Source: Eubacteriales bacterium (GTDB taxonomy: Bacteria > Bacillota > Clostridia > Oscillospirales > JAAYXM01). Taken from it: a stretch of 64,000 nucleotides of DNA. The stretch spans positions 28,003 through 92,002 of the forward strand of contig JAZQFJ010000091.1 in the NCBI GenBank assembly GCA_045539475.1. The letters run 5' to 3'. Position 1 is the first letter of the stretch, and each line of letters opens with the position of its first letter. The notes beneath the pieces were generated by a model. The model had not been told where the DNA came from. It saw nothing but the letters and a program-made list of their open reading frames with translations, and searched no databases. Made by a program: the position numbers and the translations under genes. This document shows positions 61,061 through 64,000 of this stretch, in pieces.

Positions 61061-62125
61061 ATGGAGCGGTTCCACATAACGGATGTAATATCGTTGCTTA
61101 ACTTACCACCTCCGCCGCAAGGACGTAGTTCATACTACATACAATGTCCATGCTGTGATGATTCCCCACGCGAAAAGCATCTGAATATCAACTTAAGAAA
61201 GGATGTATTCCGATGTCCTAAATGCGGTGTTTTCGGCGGTATCTTTGATTTCTACGCGTTATTCACGGGAGTGCCGAGAGATAAAGTGCATAAAACACTT
61301 CTAAATAGCCTCGGTGCTCCTGAAAAGCTCAACAGGAGCAGAAAAAATGTTACATGCACTCCTGTTGTTGAATGCCCTGTTACGGATATCGAAACACGCC
61401 ACGCTACATATTCCGCGCTCCTTTCCAAGCTATCGCTTGCTCAGGACCACAGACAAAATCTTCTTGAGCGAGGATTAACCGATGATGATATATCAAGGCT
61501 CGGCTACAGAACAACGCCGGTTGTCGGTATGTCAGTCATCGCCAGACAGCTTCAGACTGAAGGATATTATCTTGCCGGTGTTCCCGGATTCTTCAGAACA
61601 GACAGCGGAGAATGGTCTTTTGTTCAGGAGCAAAGAGGAATCCTTATTCCGGTAAGAGATGTACGAGGCAGAATACAGGGACTTCAAATACGCCGTGATA
61701 ATGTTCAGAAACGAAAATTCAGGTGGGTTTCCAGTGCTGATAAAAAGGACGGATGCCGGGCTGAGGCGTGGACGCATATCGCCGGTCCCGTAAGACCAAT
61801 GGCAGTGCTTACTGAGGGACCGATGAAGGCAGATGTGATTCATTCACTTACAGGGCTCACGGTAATCGCGGTTCCGGGAGTGAATACTTTAACTCAGCTT
61901 GAGAAGACGTTGAAGGAATTACGCAAAGAAGGATTATGCGAAATAATGACCGCCTTCGATATGGATTTATCCACGAACGAGCATGTTCAAAAAGCGTACA
62001 ATCAACTGCTTAAGCTTCTTGATGATATGAACTTCAGATTTGGGACCTATGTATGGATCCCCTATTATAAAGGACTCGATGATTTTATTTGGGAATATAT
62101 GCTCAAATGCAGAAAATCACAGTAA
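61061..62125 (+). CDS. zinc-finger (CHC2-type) plus Toprim-domain primase-like protein
   Basis: CPCCDDSPREKHLNINLRKDVFRCPKCG, Toprim-like AVLTEGPMKADVIHSLTGLTVIAVPGV and AFDMDLS. ATG 61061 follows AAAGGAG. Confidence 0.7.
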   Translation: MERFHITDVISLLNLPPPPQGRSSYYIQCPCCDDSPREKHLNINLRKDVFRCPKCGVFGGIFDFYALFTGVPRDKVHKTLLNSLGAPEKLNRSRKNVTCTPVVECPVTDIETRHATYSALLSKLSLAQDHRQNLLERGLTDDDISRLGYRTTPVVGMSVIARQLQTEGYYLAGVPGFFRTDSGEWSFVQEQRGILIPVRDVRGRIQGLQIRRDNVQKRKFRWVSSADKKDGCRAEAWTHIAGPVRPMAVLTEGPMKADVIHSLTGLTVIAVPGVNTLTQLEKTLKELRKEGLCEIMTAFDMDLSTNEHVQKAYNQLLKLLDDMNFRFGTYVWIPYYKGLDDFIWEYMLKCRKSQ

Positions 62126-62132
62126 TAATTTA

Positions 62133-62170
62133 TGAGGTACAGCTACACAAAACGCTGTACCTCATTTTTT
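62133..62170 (+). terminator. intrinsic terminator after the primase gene
   Basis: TGAGGTACAGC pairs with GCTGTACCTCA (11 bp), then TTTTTT. Confidence 0.85.
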
Positions 62171-62264
62171 GTGAGTATTTAACCGATAAAAAACGTATTT
62201 TGTTGTAAATGCGCATTTTAAAACGTGTAATTTATATAGATTAATAAAAATTGGAGGTATAAAA

Positions 62265-63182
62265 ATGTTAATTTCAATCGACCATGGTAATTCAGCTATC
62301 AAGACTCTGAACCACTCGTTCGTTTCGGGGCTGTCCGAACACACAGTGAGACCGCCAATCTCAGATGAGATACTTGAGTATGGAGGAAGCTACTGGACGC
62401 TCAGCAGTAAACGGATTACATACATGATGGATAAAACCGAGGACGAGCGATTTTTTGTTCTGACGCTGTTTGCTATTGCAAAAGAGCTTGAATCCGCAGG
62501 CAGATATATGCCTGTAGAGAATATTGACCTTGCAGTCGGACTTCCGCCTGAGCATTACGGTGTGTTAAAAGAGCGTTTTGCAAACTATTTCAAGAAAGAA
62601 AATGAAGTTCGCTTTGTTTATAACGACAGGGCGTATTGTATCGTTATAAACAGAGTAATGGTGTTTCCACAGGCTTATGCGGCTGTTGTTCCCAAGAGCA
62701 ACCTTGTTGTAACTACCATGCGAATGTTCGTTGTAGATATAGGCGGATACACAACTGATGTGCTTCTCCTTCGTAACGGTAAGCCGGATATGCAGTTCTG
62801 CCGAAGTCTGGAGTCGGGGATTATAACGATGAACAATGAGATTGCCCGCAAGGTTAATATACTGCATAACATGAATATTGACGACGAGCACGTCAGTGCT
62901 GTTCTCAGTGGTAAAGAAACTATCCTGCCGCAAGAGGTCAAGGATGCAATAGTGGCAGAAACGAAAATCCATGCAAAGGGCATTCTGGATCAGCTCCGTG
63001 AACTGCAGGTGGATTTGCGTTCAAACCCGGCAATATTTGTCGGAGGGGGAAGTATTCTGCTCCGTCCGTTTATTGAAAATTCCCCGTTAGTGGCAAAGGC
63101 GGAATTTATTACTTCGACGAATGCGAATACCATAGGGTATGATATGCTCGGTCGGATGAAGCTTTCCAAATCGACCTCATAA
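62265..63182 (+). CDS. ParM/StbA-like actin-type partition ATPase
   Basis: MLISIDHGNSAIKT (phosphate 1), VVDIGGYTTDVLLL (phosphate 2), IFVGGGSILL (adenosine). Confidence 0.75.
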   Translation: MLISIDHGNSAIKTLNHSFVSGLSEHTVRPPISDEILEYGGSYWTLSSKRITYMMDKTEDERFFVLTLFAIAKELESAGRYMPVENIDLAVGLPPEHYGVLKERFANYFKKENEVRFVYNDRAYCIVINRVMVFPQAYAAVVPKSNLVVTTMRMFVVDIGGYTTDVLLLRNGKPDMQFCRSLESGIITMNNEIARKVNILHNMNIDDEHVSAVLSGKETILPQEVKDAIVAETKIHAKGILDQLRELQVDLRSNPAIFVGGGSILLRPFIENSPLVAKAEFITSTNANTIGYDMLGRMKLSKSTS

Positions 63183-63196
63183 AAGGAGGTTTTCTG

Positions 63197-63562
63197 ATGT
63201 TCAAAGACGGTAAGTACCGATTTTCGCTCGGCTTTGGCTGTGGTGAGAAGGAGAGACGTGTCGGCGAGTTTCTGGAACGGCTCGGAAATCGCAAGAGCAG
63301 TCTGATTGTTGATGTACTGAATGAGTATATTGACAATCATCCAGAGCTTGAAAACTCGTATGGGAAAATACAGATAAAGATTTCTGCTCCCACACCTGAT
63401 TACAGCAGAGAGAAAATTGAGAAGATGGTACGTGAACTGGTTGGTGAAATGATTGCAAATACAAAGGCTGCCGCCAATACACAGAGCATATCTGAAGGTA
63501 TTGATGCCGGCAGCCTGGATGAAAACATTGCTATGATGCTTGATAATCTTGATGGGTTTTGA
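63197..63562 (+). CDS. ParR-like ribbon-helix-helix adaptor (candidate)
   Basis: Small gene directly after parM. N-terminal YRFSLGFGCGEKERRVGEFLERL fits a beta-strand plus helix (RHH). Confidence 0.45.
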   Translation: MFKDGKYRFSLGFGCGEKERRVGEFLERLGNRKSSLIVDVLNEYIDNHPELENSYGKIQIKISAPTPDYSREKIEKMVRELVGEMIANTKAAANTQSISEGIDAGSLDENIAMMLDNLDGF

Positions 63563-63613
63563 TGGGGTGAATGATGAACTGCGACTAACGCCTCGCAAAG
63601 CGCGCGGTAAAGG

Positions 63614-64000
63614 TTGCCCGAAGATTTATCCGAAGAACGAAAGCTTATTGTGAAGAAAGCGTGCTCACTCGTTGGTAAGGTAACATACTTTTGGGGCGGT
63701 AAATCATCGTGCATAGGTTGGGATTCCGAATGGGGTAAGATGAAGCTTGTAACAGCGGAAGGCAGTCGCACAACGGGATATATGCGCCCGTTCGGACTTG
63801 ATTGTTCGGGATTCGTCACTTGGGTATTCATCAACGCCGGATTCTCCGAAAGCTACATCGGTCACGGCGTTGGAAATCAGGCGGCAAAGGGTGTTCGTAT
63901 AACTTGGGATGAAGCAGAACCCGGTGACCTTGCTGTATATTCCGATAGCTCACACATCGGCATAGTAGCCGGACGCAAAAACAACGGAAGCCTTCTCGTC
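63614..64000 (+). CDS. second NlpC/P60 (C40) peptidase, 3' end outside window, start uncertain
   Basis: LVGKVTYFWGGKSS...RPFGLDCSGFVTWVF parallels the 15642..17111 hydrolase. The frame opens only after the stop at 63608; possible starts are TTG 63614 or GTG 63650. Confidence 0.6.
   Translation, partial: MPEDLSEERKLIVKKACSLVGKVTYFWGGKSSCIGWDSEWGKMKLVTAEGSRTTGYMRPFGLDCSGFVTWVFINAGFSESYIGHGVGNQAAKGVRITWDEAEPGDLAVYSDSSHIGIVAGRKNNGSLLV

Larger units (their letters stand above)
7750..64000. mobile_element. large conjugative, plasmid-like element or ICE (left edge approximate, right end outside window)
   Basis: After 7749 the gene content switches to T4SS, DNA-processing, partition and surface-protein genes, nearly all co-oriented. 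An AT-rich junction is visible by eye. Confidence 0.7.

Noticed and set aside
62990-63834. Minus-strand ORFs (202 and 144 aa) overlapping parM, parR and the second NlpC/P60 gene.
   Set aside because: They are antisense to genes with clear motifs and have no independent support.
1-64000. Looked for CRISPR arrays, rRNA genes, transposase/IS ends and reverse transcriptase (retron/DGR/group II intron) signatures.
   Set aside because: None found. The only regular short repeats are the 11-bp-phased hexamers and the coding tandem repeats reported above.

Overview
The first ~7.7 kb looks like ordinary Clostridia-type Firmicutes chromosome. It holds a partial hydrolase-like gene, a ceramidase-like hydrolase, the nickel-pincer cofactor operon larE-larB-larC, an HprK-like P-loop gene, a DUF975 membrane protein and a Gfo/Idh/MocA oxidoreductase. 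From ~7.75 kb to the end of the window (>56 kb), almost every gene is on the + strand and belongs to a large conjugative, plasmid-like mobile element. In order, it contains an AT-rich islet with a Fic protein and a Gram-positive type IV secretion module (VirB2-like pilin candidate, VirB6/TrbL-like protein with six C-terminal repeats, NlpC/P60 hydrolase, VirB3-like protein, VirB4 ATPase, VirD4 coupling protein). Next come a four-S1-domain protein, a 1787-aa SLH-anchored surface protein, a coupled zinc-ribbon/sigma-70/signal-peptidase operon and XRE/Xis-like regulators. The rest is a long DNA-processing or establishment region: NAD-dependent ligase, SSB, an AAA+ ATPase with a VWA/HExxH partner, an orphan methyltransferase, DUF932, YqaJ exonuclease, RecD-like helicase, Rad52/Sak-like protein, zinc-finger/Toprim primase and ParM/ParR. 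I saw no integrase, canonical relaxase, tRNA, rRNA or CRISPR array. The most unusual signals are non-coding. (1) A ~125-nt module (consensus promoter, hairpin, terminator) occurs three times with compensatory base changes, each copy heading a DNA-processing operon. (2) A 34-nt box with TTGGCA repeats phased at 11 bp, fused to a sigma-A-type promoter and a leader terminator, occurs twice. (3) A ~250-nt multi-stem leader precedes the zinc-ribbon/sigma/signal-peptidase operon. Together these suggest that the element runs its operons through a leader-terminator (antitermination or riboregulatory) circuit that I cannot assign to a known family. All family assignments come from motifs read by eye. 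No database search or folding computation was run.
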